DNA of 64,000 nt from IMG/VR virus record IMGVR_UViG_3300031998_000074, positions 2,403 through 66,402 of that record. One strand, given 5' to 3'. Each line of letters begins with the position of its first letter. Position 1 is the stretch's first letter. This document shows, in pieces, positions 34,112 to 44,039 of the stretch. A program made the position numbers and the translations under genes. Below the pieces are notes generated by a model, which was not told the origin of the DNA, did no database searches, and saw only the letters and a list, made by a program, of their open reading frames with translations. This DNA is from a virus. Its lineage: Duplodnaviria > Caudoviricetes.

Positions 34112-34807
34112 ATGAGTGAAAAACTAATTATAGGAATGGATAACGGGATAGGAGGCGACATCGCAATCCTGTCCTATAGTGGGAAACTAATTTATTATGG
34201 AAACGTTCCTACAATCAAAGAACCAATGTGGAAGAAGCCAGAGGTTAAATTTGTAAGGGACAAAAACAACAAGATTGTTAAAAACAAAAAAGGAGAAAAA
34301 AAGACGGTAACAAAACATGGGCATTACACATTAATAGATATGACTGCTCTTAAACGCTTACTCGTAAGTCATATTAGTGTGTTCTCAGAGTGTGAGTGTT
34401 TTCTTGAAAGACCCATGGTTAATATAGCTAATAATTGGCAAATACAGTCATCTATCTCAGCTGGTATGGCTTGGGCTTATGCAATTCATGTATTTCGCAC
34501 ATTAGAGCTGCCATTTAGTTATGTTGATTCAAGAACATATCAAAAGTATTTCTTCCCGGAAGCTTTAGTATTAAAGAATCCGGATGGAACAAAAAAACAT
34601 TCCAAACCAGGTGAGCGTAATAAACAGCTAAAGATTGAGGGCAAGGCTATGGCACAGAAGTTATTTCCGAACGCCATAATTAAAGCTCCCGCAGACGGTG
34701 ATGCACTACTAATAGCTGAATACAACAGATTACGTCTTACCAAAGGTGTAGGTAATACCTACGAGGAAGATTTAAAATTATGGGAGGCGACAAATAATGG
34801 TAACTGA
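34112..34807 (+). CDS. RuvC-like Holliday junction resolvase
   Basis: IIGMDNG, FLERP, DGDALLIA. Confidence 0.75.
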   Translation: MSEKLIIGMDNGIGGDIAILSYSGKLIYYGNVPTIKEPMWKKPEVKFVRDKNNKIVKNKKGEKKTVTKHGHYTLIDMTALKRLLVSHISVFSECECFLERPMVNIANNWQIQSSISAGMAWAYAIHVFRTLELPFSYVDSRTYQKYFFPEALVLKNPDGTKKHSKPGERNKQLKIEGKAMAQKLFPNAIIKAPADGDALLIAEYNRLRLTKGVGNTYEEDLKLWEATNNGN

Positions 34808-35150
34808 GAAAGAGCTTAGAGCTATTATAAATAAACATAATATCAATAAGTCATCTGACGAGGAAGCGATTTCACCAACAGTATCTGCTAATGCATATAA
34901 ATTACTTAAAATACTGAACGGTGAAAAGCTTACTGGGTTCAAGGTCGTAGCTACCCCTATGGGTACAGTTGATTTTGAATATAATACAGGCAGAGAAATA
35001 TTAATTCTTACAGCAGAACCTTGTGATAATTGTATAACTCTGGAACAAACACCTTGTGGTATTTTTGATCCGTTCAGAGAACGCTATGACTTATCTGTTA
35101 CAGAAAGTCGGGATGAGTTAATAAAGATTGTACAAGAAATAACTTGCTAG
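34797..35150 (+). CDS. hypothetical protein
   Basis: operonic ORF. Confidence 0.6.
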   Translation: MVTEKELRAIINKHNINKSSDEEAISPTVSANAYKLLKILNGEKLTGFKVVATPMGTVDFEYNTGREILILTAEPCDNCITLEQTPCGIFDPFRERYDLSVTESRDELIKIVQEITC

Positions 35151-35638
35151 GAGCAAATATGGAAAAGATTGTAGGTGTAAAAAGTGTAAAACAAGAAGTG
35201 TTAACGAAAGAATACTTAGACGAACGCAAACGTATTGCCTTTGCAGCAATTGATAAACTAGAAACGAAGCCAACATTAGAGAGCATGCTTAAGTCTGTAG
35301 ATGCTATATGGGAAAAGCATGGTAAAGTACAACTCGTATTTGAAAATAAGGACCAGCATTATGCCTACGTAACAACCTTGTTTCACGATGTAATTGAACC
35401 AATGTCGTTAGATGAGTACAAGGCTTACTTAAAGAAGTCGGTAGAACAACGCCTAGACGGTGTTGTTGGTTTGATGGAAAAGAATAAAATTATGGAAGCA
35501 GCAAAATTAAATAAAGAATATATTAACAAGTATACTGCCGACAAGCTTGAAGAAGGATTAAATGATCTTAAAGAACGCAATAGCAAGATAACATCCGCAA
35601 TAAAAGAGGAGATCGCAAAAGATGCTCAAAAGCATTAG
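35144..35638 (+). CDS. hypothetical helical protein
   Basis: operonic ORF. Confidence 0.6.
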   Translation: MLGANMEKIVGVKSVKQEVLTKEYLDERKRIAFAAIDKLETKPTLESMLKSVDAIWEKHGKVQLVFENKDQHYAYVTTLFHDVIEPMSLDEYKAYLKKSVEQRLDGVVGLMEKNKIMEAAKLNKEYINKYTADKLEEGLNDLKERNSKITSAIKEEIAKDAQKH

Positions 35639-36857
35639 ACTGCAAGATTTCCAAAGCCATGTGGATACCTCATTACCGCTGGGTCCGGGTCTAAACATTA
35701 TATCCGGACCTAGTGGCAACGGTAAAAGTTCTATATTGAGAGCTGTGTCTGCCACAGCCTATAATAACATACCCGGGCTAACCCCTGTCAGGCTACCTAA
35801 TGGTAAAGCATACACAATTACTATTGAGACAGAGTCCGGGACAGTCATACGCACCAAAGGAAAAAAATCTAACTCCTACAAATTAGGAGACACTTCATTC
35901 GAAGACGTTGGTGTTAGTGTGCCTGAAGCAGTTGAGAAGGTGCTAAATATAAGTCCTATTGAATTAGATGCAAACACGCAGATTAACATTAACTTTGCCA
36001 ATCAAATGGACGCGCCTTTCTTACTAACCGTACCTGATACAGCTAAAGTGAAGTTTTTAAACACCCTTGCCGGGACCAACGCAGTTGACTTAGCTGCAAA
36101 AGATGCGGTAAATTTGGCCAAGGATCGCGATAATCGCATTAAAGAGACCGAAGCCCTACTGGACATCAAAAATAACACAGCAAGCGTTTTACGTAAGAAT
36201 ATTGACCATTTACATGGACTTAATAAGTACCTTGCAGAGCAAATGGATAATTTGGCTGCTTTGAAGGCTGAGCTGGATAAGATACATATACTTATGGATA
36301 AATTCCTTAAATTCAAGACAGCATGGAATAAGTTAATCAAACGGAAAGCCGAATTTGAAGCATTGGACGTTAATAGCGCTATAGACAGAGTAAAACATTA
36401 TGTGATTATTTCTACGATGAATATTAAGAAAAATGCTCTAGAAACCGCCTTTCATTCTTTGTACGCCAGAAAAAAACAAGTAGCTAGTATTGATATTAAA
36501 GCAGCCCAGGCCCAGGTCCAACAGGCGCTTAAGGTCCACAATTTATCAACACGGTATTCGGACCTATATGAAAAGTACAAAAACATGTGTAAAAAGCGTG
36601 AAAAACTTTGTATACTAAATATAGGTGCCGGTAATGAGACTATTAAGAAGTTTCTTACAGTATCAGCTTTACATCAGAAGTATACAGCGTTAAAGGCTAA
36701 TTACCTGAATATCCATAAGCAATTACAGGATATAGAAAAGGAAAAATCGGCTTATAAACAGCAGTATATGACCTTGCTACAAGGAATGCAAATCTGTCCT
36801 GTTTGTAATAGCCCAATAACCGGTACCACATTGAACAACATTTTGGAGAAATTATGA
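35622..36857 (+). CDS. SbcC/Rad50 N-terminal half ending in a zinc hook
   Basis: LQDFQSH, GPSGNGKSS, Q-loop NQ, long coiled coil, terminal CPVC. Confidence 0.87.
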   Translation: MLKSIRLQDFQSHVDTSLPLGPGLNIISGPSGNGKSSILRAVSATAYNNIPGLTPVRLPNGKAYTITIETESGTVIRTKGKKSNSYKLGDTSFEDVGVSVPEAVEKVLNISPIELDANTQININFANQMDAPFLLTVPDTAKVKFLNTLAGTNAVDLAAKDAVNLAKDRDNRIKETEALLDIKNNTASVLRKNIDHLHGLNKYLAEQMDNLAALKAELDKIHILMDKFLKFKTAWNKLIKRKAEFEALDVNSAIDRVKHYVIISTMNIKKNALETAFHSLYARKKQVASIDIKAAQAQVQQALKVHNLSTRYSDLYEKYKNMCKKREKLCILNIGAGNETIKKFLTVSALHQKYTALKANYLNIHKQLQDIEKEKSAYKQQYMTLLQGMQICPVCNSPITGTTLNNILEKL

Positions 36858-37135
36858 TTCAGATAACAGACGCAAATTACGATGAAGAAATATTAAAATA
36901 TAAAGGGAAAGTTATTTTAGATGTTGGTGCTAAATGGTGTGGTAAATGTTCTGTATTTAAACCACAATTTATCGCCGCGGAAAGTAAATATCCGTACTTT
37001 AAGTTTTGTACAGCAGATGCAGACGAATTCGACGCTGTAACAAAATTAAACGTCGATCATATACCTGCCGTTTTTGTTTTTGAAGACGGTAAAATTGTTA
37101 AACAAGGTGGGGAAGAGGTATTAAATAGCTTATGA
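36854..37135 (+). CDS. thioredoxin
   Basis: WCGKC, HIPA cis-Pro loop. Confidence 0.85.
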   Translation: MIQITDANYDEEILKYKGKVILDVGAKWCGKCSVFKPQFIAAESKYPYFKFCTADADEFDAVTKLNVDHIPAVFVFEDGKIVKQGGEEVLNSL

Positions 37136-37206
37136 AAGAAATGTGTGAGGAAATAAACATTTAAAAGACAGAAATTTTGTCTTTAAGGAAGTGGAGGTTA
37201 AATAAC

Positions 37207-37389
37207 ATGGTAACAATAAAAGATCTGGAAATGCCAAAGAGTTGTTATAACTGTCCAATAGCATTTGGAGATTTGGCAGCTGTTTGTCATAGATGTGCAA
37301 TAACGATGGAAAATATTAATGATTACAGAAATGAAGAAAAGGGTAAAAGACACCCAAAATGTCCTTTAATTGAAGTGAATGTTAAATAA
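37207..37389 (+). CDS. small Cys-rich phage protein
   Basis: EMPKSCYNCP...KCPL; start moved to the ATG after GGAGG. Confidence 0.6.
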   Translation: MVTIKDLEMPKSCYNCPIAFGDLAAVCHRCAITMENINDYRNEEKGKRHPKCPLIEVNVK

Positions 37390-37391
37390 TT

Positions 37392-37664
37392 ATGTCAAGT
37401 CATTGCTTACAATATAAAAATAAATTTATACTTTTCCATACAGGTTGTGGTAATCCTGGTAATTATGAATTTGTAGTTTATAATAAACAAGAACATCGTG
37501 CTAATAGGCGATTTACATTTGATAATATAGAAGACAGAGAAAAAATTTTAGAAAAAGTTAAAGTATATATTGATACTTACTTTAACGATATTATGGAATG
37601 TGGCGATGATTGTCCGGGTTTAGGCACCTGTGGTAGAGGTATAGATGGCAACAGCAGAATGTAA
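37392..37664 (+). CDS. hypothetical protein
   Basis: operonic ORF. Confidence 0.55.
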   Translation: MSSHCLQYKNKFILFHTGCGNPGNYEFVVYNKQEHRANRRFTFDNIEDREKILEKVKVYIDTYFNDIMECGDDCPGLGTCGRGIDGNSRM

Positions 37665-37699
37665 AACTATGACAGATTTGTTTGGAGAGTTAAAATAAT

Positions 37700-40492
37700 A
37701 TGTTTTTTAATTGTACCAATTGTGAATTAGGTTGTGCCGGTAAACCTTGTGCTATACAAGGTGAGTTTTTCCTTCACGGACAGAACTCAGCCCGGGTTAT
37801 GATTATTGGTGATTTCCCACACAACACAGACATGCAATTGGGCAGACCCTTTACAGGAAATTTAGGACAAGAGCTTACCAAGTTTTTGTCTGCAAATTCA
37901 ATTCCGCTAAACTGTATATATGCTACAACACTTGTAAAATGCAGACCTGTAGGCGCAAACCAGCAAGACGGTACAATTAAAAAAGAATATATTGATAGAT
38001 GTAAGATTTATCTCGAAGAAGAGATTATAAATATAAATCCCGAAATAGTTGTTCTGTTTGGGGAGAAGGTATTTAGGGCCTTCTTCCCCAAACTTAAATT
38101 TTCCGGTGAACGCGGTAAGATCTTAACACACCCGGATTACAACATACCAATGCTTACTACATACAATCCTTTGGCTGCCTTAGCTTCATCTAAGTTTGAC
38201 CCGATTATACGTAGAGATTTTTATACCTTAAGCTTATTTTTGAATAATAAAATAACAACGACAAAGTCAAAGAAAGATTACATGCTCCTAACAGACAGTG
38301 TTGATATGATACATAAATTGGTTAAACGCATGGAGACAGTTGATACATTTGCATTCGATATTGAAACACACGGGTCCGGGCTCTTTAACTATAAGCTATT
38401 GTCTATTGCGTTTTCATGGAAGAAAGATACCGGTGTTGTAATACCAATTTACGAGAAAGACTTAGATCTTAGTAAGAAGCTTGAAGATATTATTGAATAT
38501 TGTGGATCAACTATAGAAGAAACAATAAAGAAAGTGAGTGCTAAGACACACAAAGAAACAGTTACAACTAAAAAACGCAAAGTTACAGCAGACGAGGTCC
38601 GGGCCAAGCTGGCCACGGAGGCTCCGCTATATTTAACCGACGAAGTCAAAGCTTTAGAAACACCCGCAAAGATTAAAAGTTATTTTACAAGTTTACTCGA
38701 TAAAAACCCTCCTCTCAAACGGCACTGGGGCGATAAACACGACGAAGTTATGAGCTGTATTAAGGCCATAATGGAAAGCCCCGTGCCCAAGGGAGCACAT
38801 AATGGATCGTACGATATAAACAGACTCCGTGGTAAAGGTATTATGGTTAATAATTATGCCTGGGACACAATTTTAATGCACCATATGGAAGATGAAGAGC
38901 GCGGCCATGGTTTAGATGAGTTATCGGAATTATATACAGAAGACGGCGGCTATAAAAAAGAAAAGGATAAATATTTAACATCAAGTCAGACTTCTTGGGC
39001 AAACATACCGATTGAAGTCTTGTTACCTTACAACGCTGGCGACGCAGATGTAACATTACAGTTATATCATAAATTTAAGGACATTATATATAAAGAACCG
39101 CAACGTGTTAAGCTTTTTGAGAACCATATCATGCCGGCACAGCGTATGCTCTGTGATATGGAATTTAGAGGTTCAAATATTGATAAGGAATGGGTTAAAA
39201 AGACTCGAGATGAATACCTGGTCCGGATGAAGGACTTAAAACTACAATTTTCAGATATTATTAGTCCGGTTGTGCCTAATGTATATGTTGTTGATTCTCC
39301 GGCTGAGCAAAAAGTCGTAGAAGACCAGATTAAGGCCAGTAGAGGAGAAGACGCCACAATGCCGTACTTCTTAAATATGAACTCAGTACAGCAGCTTGTT
39401 GTGTTGTTCCGTGATTATTATAAAGAGAAGCTGGATAAGACAACAGCTACCGGTGTGGCATTAGACTCAACCATTTTAACAAAGATAGCTAAACATAATA
39501 AAGCAGCAAAAGTTTTACTTGAATATAAGAAATTAAAGAAATTGGAAAGCACGTATCTATCAGGTATTATGGACATGATGGATGCCGATGATAAGCTACA
39601 TACTCAGTTCTTGCTTTATGGTACTAAGACGTCGCGCCTGGCATCCAGATCGCCCAATCTTCAAAACTTCCCGGGTGATATGAAGCCTATGTTTATTCCA
39701 CCAAGCAAAGATTATCTCTGTGTGAACGTAGACCAGTCAGCTGCTGAATTACACGTTTTGGCCTGGATGGGTAACGATAAACGTATGATTGATATTTTTG
39801 AGCATAAACGTGACTTACATAGGGAAACAGCCGCAGGGGTATTCAAAAAGAAACTGGAAGAAGTGTCCGATGAAGAACGTAAGATTGCTAAGAGAATTTC
39901 ATTTGGTACGGCCTATGGTGTGTCCGGGCCCGGGCTTGTAGGTATATTGGAACCAGAAGGTGTAAAGATTTCAGCATCACAGGGTGACAAGTATATTGAG
40001 CAGTGGAAGAAGACGTACCCGGGTTGTGCTCGGTTTTTACGTGATTCTATCCGCGCCTTTAAGACTAAAGGGTTCCTGGAAACACCCTTCGGACGTAGAA
40101 GACATAAATATAAAGTATATACAGATAAATTTAAAGAATCTTCATCAGATAGACAAGCACAGAATTTTACCATCCAATCAACTGCATCAGATATTCAACT
40201 ATATGAGATGGTAACTATGTACCCGGACTTATTAAAGAACGGTATATTACCTGTACTAACCGTGCATGACTCTATAGTTATGTACTGTCCTAAGGATAAG
40301 TTGGAGTGGCTCAGAGATTTTTATCATGAGAAGACATGCCGCCGTTTCAATAATGATGAGTTCCCGGGTTTAAATAATTGTTGGATGTGGACAGAAATGG
40401 AAGTAGGACGCAACTACGGTGAGCATATTAAATTACCATACGAAGGAGACTTTAATGAGTGGAAAGAACAAAACAAATTCTTATTTGAGTAA
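37700..40492 (+). CDS. polA: family A DNA polymerase with an N-terminal uracil-DNA glycosylase-like domain
   Basis: UDG: CTNC, VKCRP, C; exonuclease FDIET; polymerase DQSAAE, AKRISFGTAYG, VHDS. Confidence 0.93.
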   Translation: MFFNCTNCELGCAGKPCAIQGEFFLHGQNSARVMIIGDFPHNTDMQLGRPFTGNLGQELTKFLSANSIPLNCIYATTLVKCRPVGANQQDGTIKKEYIDRCKIYLEEEIININPEIVVLFGEKVFRAFFPKLKFSGERGKILTHPDYNIPMLTTYNPLAALASSKFDPIIRRDFYTLSLFLNNKITTTKSKKDYMLLTDSVDMIHKLVKRMETVDTFAFDIETHGSGLFNYKLLSIAFSWKKDTGVVIPIYEKDLDLSKKLEDIIEYCGSTIEETIKKVSAKTHKETVTTKKRKVTADEVRAKLATEAPLYLTDEVKALETPAKIKSYFTSLLDKNPPLKRHWGDKHDEVMSCIKAIMESPVPKGAHNGSYDINRLRGKGIMVNNYAWDTILMHHMEDEERGHGLDELSELYTEDGGYKKEKDKYLTSSQTSWANIPIEVLLPYNAGDADVTLQLYHKFKDIIYKEPQRVKLFENHIMPAQRMLCDMEFRGSNIDKEWVKKTRDEYLVRMKDLKLQFSDIISPVVPNVYVVDSPAEQKVVEDQIKASRGEDATMPYFLNMNSVQQLVVLFRDYYKEKLDKTTATGVALDSTILTKIAKHNKAAKVLLEYKKLKKLESTYLSGIMDMMDADDKLHTQFLLYGTKTSRLASRSPNLQNFPGDMKPMFIPPSKDYLCVNVDQSAAELHVLAWMGNDKRMIDIFEHKRDLHRETAAGVFKKKLEEVSDEERKIAKRISFGTAYGVSGPGLVGILEPEGVKISASQGDKYIEQWKKTYPGCARFLRDSIRAFKTKGFLETPFGRRRHKYKVYTDKFKESSSDRQAQNFTIQSTASDIQLYEMVTMYPDLLKNGILPVLTVHDSIVMYCPKDKLEWLRDFYHEKTCRRFNNDEFPGLNNCWMWTEMEVGRNYGEHIKLPYEGDFNEWKEQNKFLFE

Positions 40493-40721
40493 TCAAAGTA
40501 GTATAAATTACACGGAAACCGAAGAAGAAAAAGAACTGGATTTCGGTACAAAAGTATGTGGTATTCTCATGTTGCTAATGATATTCTTTCTAGGTATAGT
40601 CGTTGGTTATTTTATTGAAGGTATCACAGCAGACAAACGTATCGCAACTGAATTGTGTTCAAAAAATAATTACGATTTTTGTGGTTCTGTAACCAAAACC
40701 ACTTATTTTATAAAGAGGTAA
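40455..40721 (+). CDS. membrane protein
   Basis: one transmembrane helix; AAGGAG RBS. Confidence 0.6.
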   Translation: MSGKNKTNSYLSNQSSINYTETEEEKELDFGTKVCGILMLLMIFFLGIVVGYFIEGITADKRIATELCSKNNYDFCGSVTKTTYFIKR

Positions 40722-40723
40722 TA

Positions 40724-40798
40724 ATGTTAACTTTAGTCGCGGGTGTCTCTGGTTTTGTAGTTGGTGTTATAATGGGATATTTACTTTTTGTGGAGTGA
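40724..40798 (+). CDS. 24-aa hydrophobic peptide (not in the ORF track)
   Basis: MLTLVAGVSGFVVGVIMGYLLFVE; GAGGT RBS. Confidence 0.5.
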   Translation: MLTLVAGVSGFVVGVIMGYLLFVE

Positions 40799-41337
40799 TT
40801 ATGAAACGATGGTATATATTATTTTCAGAATATGAAAACACAGTTGCAACAGCCAAACGTATGGTTAAACACTGTATGCCTAAAGGCTGTGGCATGTTTG
40901 TTCCAATAATGATGCGCAATGAAGAATATCATGTTAATAAGTTAACAACTAAACCGGTATATCCGTTTTATATATTTATTTACTGTGAAGAAGAGAAGCA
41001 GTTAGACACTATAATTAGGCGTATGGAATCTGCAAAAATGTACGGGTACTTTTTACGTAATCCCGACGGAACTTATGCAACAATAACTACAGATGATATA
41101 CGCAAGATTGATGAACAAGGAAGTATTTTTACGAATAATGTAGTTAAACAAAAGCCGTTAAAAACACGCTTTGCATTGGGCGACTTAATCGAAGTTGTAT
41201 GTGGCCCGATGAAAGGTGTGGTAGGCACAATTTGTAGTATCAACGCAAAATACATCAATATCTTGTACACTATTGATAAAGGTGGTGTAATTGAACTGCC
41301 TGTATTTCCGTCTGATATAAAATTAAAAGGAGAATAA
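40795..41337 (+). CDS. NusG-family transcription elongation factor
   Basis: NGN-like WYIL...YPFYIFI and KOW motif GDLIEVVCGPMKGVVG. Confidence 0.8.
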   Translation: MIMKRWYILFSEYENTVATAKRMVKHCMPKGCGMFVPIMMRNEEYHVNKLTTKPVYPFYIFIYCEEEKQLDTIIRRMESAKMYGYFLRNPDGTYATITTDDIRKIDEQGSIFTNNVVKQKPLKTRFALGDLIEVVCGPMKGVVGTICSINAKYINILYTIDKGGVIELPVFPSDIKLKGE

Positions 41338-41338
41338 T

Positions 41339-41728
41339 ATGGGTGAACCAGCATATAAAAGAGCCTTAAGAGAAGTACAAGTTCCCTACACTATTGATAG
41401 GGAAACAGGTGAACAGAAGCCGATCTTTAAACAAATCGACGTCGATGAAGAGACTAGGAAAGAGAAAAAAGCAGCCGAACTAGCCAAGAAAACTGTGATT
41501 GTTAATTTGCCTATTGGTGCAAACTTAGAAGTTGCAACAAAGGTATTGAACGCTATTACGGCCGCACAGAAAAAAGGCTTGAATTTAAGTGTTCCAGAAG
41601 ATCTTGAATTGTTAATGAATGCACTTGAAATCAAGAAAGATGTGAAACCTGTTGAAAAGAAAATCCCGGCTAAAAAGCCAGCTAAGAAAGTAACAAAGAA
41701 GAAATCTAAAACAGCTACCAACGGTTAA
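41339..41728 (+). CDS. hypothetical protein with a Lys-rich PAKK tail
   Basis: KKIPAKKPAKKVTKKKSK. Confidence 0.65.
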   Translation: MGEPAYKRALREVQVPYTIDRETGEQKPIFKQIDVDEETRKEKKAAELAKKTVIVNLPIGANLEVATKVLNAITAAQKKGLNLSVPEDLELLMNALEIKKDVKPVEKKIPAKKPAKKVTKKKSKTATNG

Positions 41729-41746
41729 TACCGTTGGAGCTGTTTT
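41708..41746. terminator. bidirectional intrinsic terminator between the converging arms
   Basis: AAAACAGCT-A-CCAACGG-TTAATA-CCGTTGG-AGCTGTTTT. Confidence 0.85.
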
Positions 41747-41963
41747 ATTTGGGATCATGTTTTTTGCGGTTATGTAGGTAATAGATCAGATACGAGTCTA
41801 ATACACCTAAAGCAGCTAAAATCACTGAACTATCACCCTTGTTTTGTATGATGACAACGGTCATCAATACACAAACAAAAACTGTTACTTTGTTCCTGAA
41901 TGAACAAAGATCGGAAAATAAAGAGGTTATAAGTTTTATAATTTTACAAAATAACTCTTTCAT
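41745..41963 (-). CDS. small two-helix membrane protein, holin-like
   Basis: two hydrophobic segments, basic C-terminus, last gene of the structural arm. Confidence 0.4.
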   Translation of the reverse strand: MKELFCKIIKLITSLFSDLCSFRNKVTVFVCVLMTVVIIQNKGDSSVILAALGVLDSYLIYYLHNRKKHDPK

Positions 41964-43228
41964 TAATCTTCCCTTATTTTAAATCCTAATGCAATCCCTG
42001 CGCCACCAGCCCAGCGTGAACTTGATGTGTAGTGTTCCGGACTAGATGAATACCCGGACAATGTACTAACTTCTCCGTATTCACCCATTCCTTTATCAAA
42101 ATAGTAGAATGGTTGTGCTTCATCAATGTCCCCATCGCCTGGTAAAACACCCCAGATATATTTATACTGGTCTTGTATTTTTGCAATATACCAACCAGTC
42201 TGTCCCATGCAAAGTTGTGGGTAGTTATTCATAATTGACCAGCGCCATTGTTTTACGTTACTTGTAAAGGATTCATCGTTGGTGATAGCCCCATTCGCTG
42301 TTATAGCTCCTTTATTTATTGTGTTGGATCCACTATTGCGCGTGCTGATTTCAATTGTTTTAGCTGCAATAATAATCATACCGCCACCTTTTGTTGGACC
42401 ATCCCACGCTTGTGCAGGGTAGACACCATTTGCCTGTATAACACTTATATCACAGTCCGGGTCAACTCCATATTCTTTACCATCTATAATTAAATGGGAG
42501 AAGTATAAAGCTACAAAACCGCCAGCAGGTCCGGACATCCTTGACCTTCTACCCCCATAGTTAGAGGGGCAATAGTCATAGTCACCACAGGAGTTAAAGC
42601 TATATGAGCTACCATGCGTATGATGATGCGACCATCTGTTATGTTTATAGTAGTGATAGTGGTAACCAGCTGCACCACATAAATATGTTTTCTGATCGAG
42701 AAATCCTAGCTGTGAACCATACGGTATTAATCTGTCAAACATTTGTGAAGACGCAGAGTATCCAAGAGATTGTGTTATAACATCTTTTACCGGAATAGGA
42801 CATATTATTTGTTCATCAATACGCCCGCTTCCCCAACGGTTAATACTACCTTGCCCGTCTGCAGAAATATGCCCGTTGCTTGTAATTGTTAATTTGTTTG
42901 AACATCTTAAAATAAGCGGGTAGGTATCCGTAATAGCTGCAGGCTGAAACCCATCAGTTGCATTATAGTTTCTACTATTAAAAACAAGAGTTCCATCTAC
43001 AGTAAGATTTGTAAAATTTAAGTTCCCAGCTGTAAGGGCAGTTCCATTAGAATTTGTTTCAATATTAGCCAGATCTGTTAATTTCCGTAGTCCGGACACT
43101 GTTACAGTGCTATTTGTACCCCGGCCCGGACCAAACATAGAGACACCATTGGAGGCAAGGGTAAATCCACCTAATACAGTTGATGTTCTATCTGATGCGT
43201 TTAATAAGTTTATAATTGATCCTAACAT
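41963..43228 (-). CDS. glycine-rich virion/tail-associated protein
   Basis: Gly-rich beta-solenoid-like sequence within the tail module. Confidence 0.5.
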   Translation of the reverse strand: MLGSIINLLNASDRTSTVLGGFTLASNGVSMFGPGRGTNSTVTVSGLRKLTDLANIETNSNGTALTAGNLNFTNLTVDGTLVFNSRNYNATDGFQPAAITDTYPLILRCSNKLTITSNGHISADGQGSINRWGSGRIDEQIICPIPVKDVITQSLGYSASSQMFDRLIPYGSQLGFLDQKTYLCGAAGYHYHYYKHNRWSHHHTHGSSYSFNSCGDYDYCPSNYGGRRSRMSGPAGGFVALYFSHLIIDGKEYGVDPDCDISVIQANGVYPAQAWDGPTKGGGMIIIAAKTIEISTRNSGSNTINKGAITANGAITNDESFTSNVKQWRWSIMNNYPQLCMGQTGWYIAKIQDQYKYIWGVLPGDGDIDEAQPFYYFDKGMGEYGEVSTLSGYSSSPEHYTSSSRWAGGAGIALGFKIRED

Positions 43229-43229
43229 A

Positions 43230-44039
43230 TTAACCTCCTATTGGTGTGCAGCGTGTTTCAAAAGTTATACCGGGTTTATCTATATTATTTCCTGTGCCAC
43301 CAATAGCTTCTATAGCTGGACTTGGTAATGTTTCAGGATCTACAATCCTGATGTTTTTAGCACATACTATGAGACAGCCACCGGAGGAAGTATCAGTACT
43401 ACCACCCGGTGCAGAGAGATATGCTTTAATACTGTTTGCGTCTTTTAATCTGAGCAAGTCCGGGCCTACTTTAGCTGTATTATAATACACAAAAATACTA
43501 CCACCGCTACCATTTGCTCCGGTATATATGAATTCAGGTGTTTGTATAATAACACTTGATTCAACCATTGATTTTAATTTTGGCAATGCGGTTATGCTAT
43601 TATATGTTGTACGCGCTGATATTGTATGTGTGCTGTTACTGCTGATCCAGCTTTGCTCTAATGTTAAAGTATCTTTTACAAAGATTATAGCCAGGTCGCT
43701 TCTGGCTGCAAGCATTGTTTTAGGACCAATCCAAAGGTTATTATAATATAATCTTCCTGTTGGTAAGTAATGCAAGGCCTCTACTGTATTTGTTGGGTGC
43801 CAAGTTGTCTTAAAAGACTTGTCCCGGATTGCACTGGTATTTGTCTGCGCCCAGTAACCTTCACTGTTTAAGATTTGTGTGTAATCTGCAGGAAGTAACG
43901 CATTTGGTGCTGTACTATCTGAACCATAATAAATGTCACCTAAGCTTCCGTCACCATATAAGTCATGGTACATGTTATTCGAGATGCGAAGAACACGGTT
44001 CTTGATAACATTTAATTTAGATAAGATATAGGCTATCAT
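43230..44039 (-). CDS. virion/tail-associated protein related to 41963..43228
   Basis: shared GG-x-IIxAKxI and AIxAxG motifs. Confidence 0.5.
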   Translation of the reverse strand: MIAYILSKLNVIKNRVLRISNNMYHDLYGDGSLGDIYYGSDSTAPNALLPADYTQILNSEGYWAQTNTSAIRDKSFKTTWHPTNTVEALHYLPTGRLYYNNLWIGPKTMLAARSDLAIIFVKDTLTLEQSWISSNSTHTISARTTYNSITALPKLKSMVESSVIIQTPEFIYTGANGSGGSIFVYYNTAKVGPDLLRLKDANSIKAYLSAPGGSTDTSSGGCLIVCAKNIRIVDPETLPSPAIEAIGGTGNNIDKPGITFETRCTPIGG

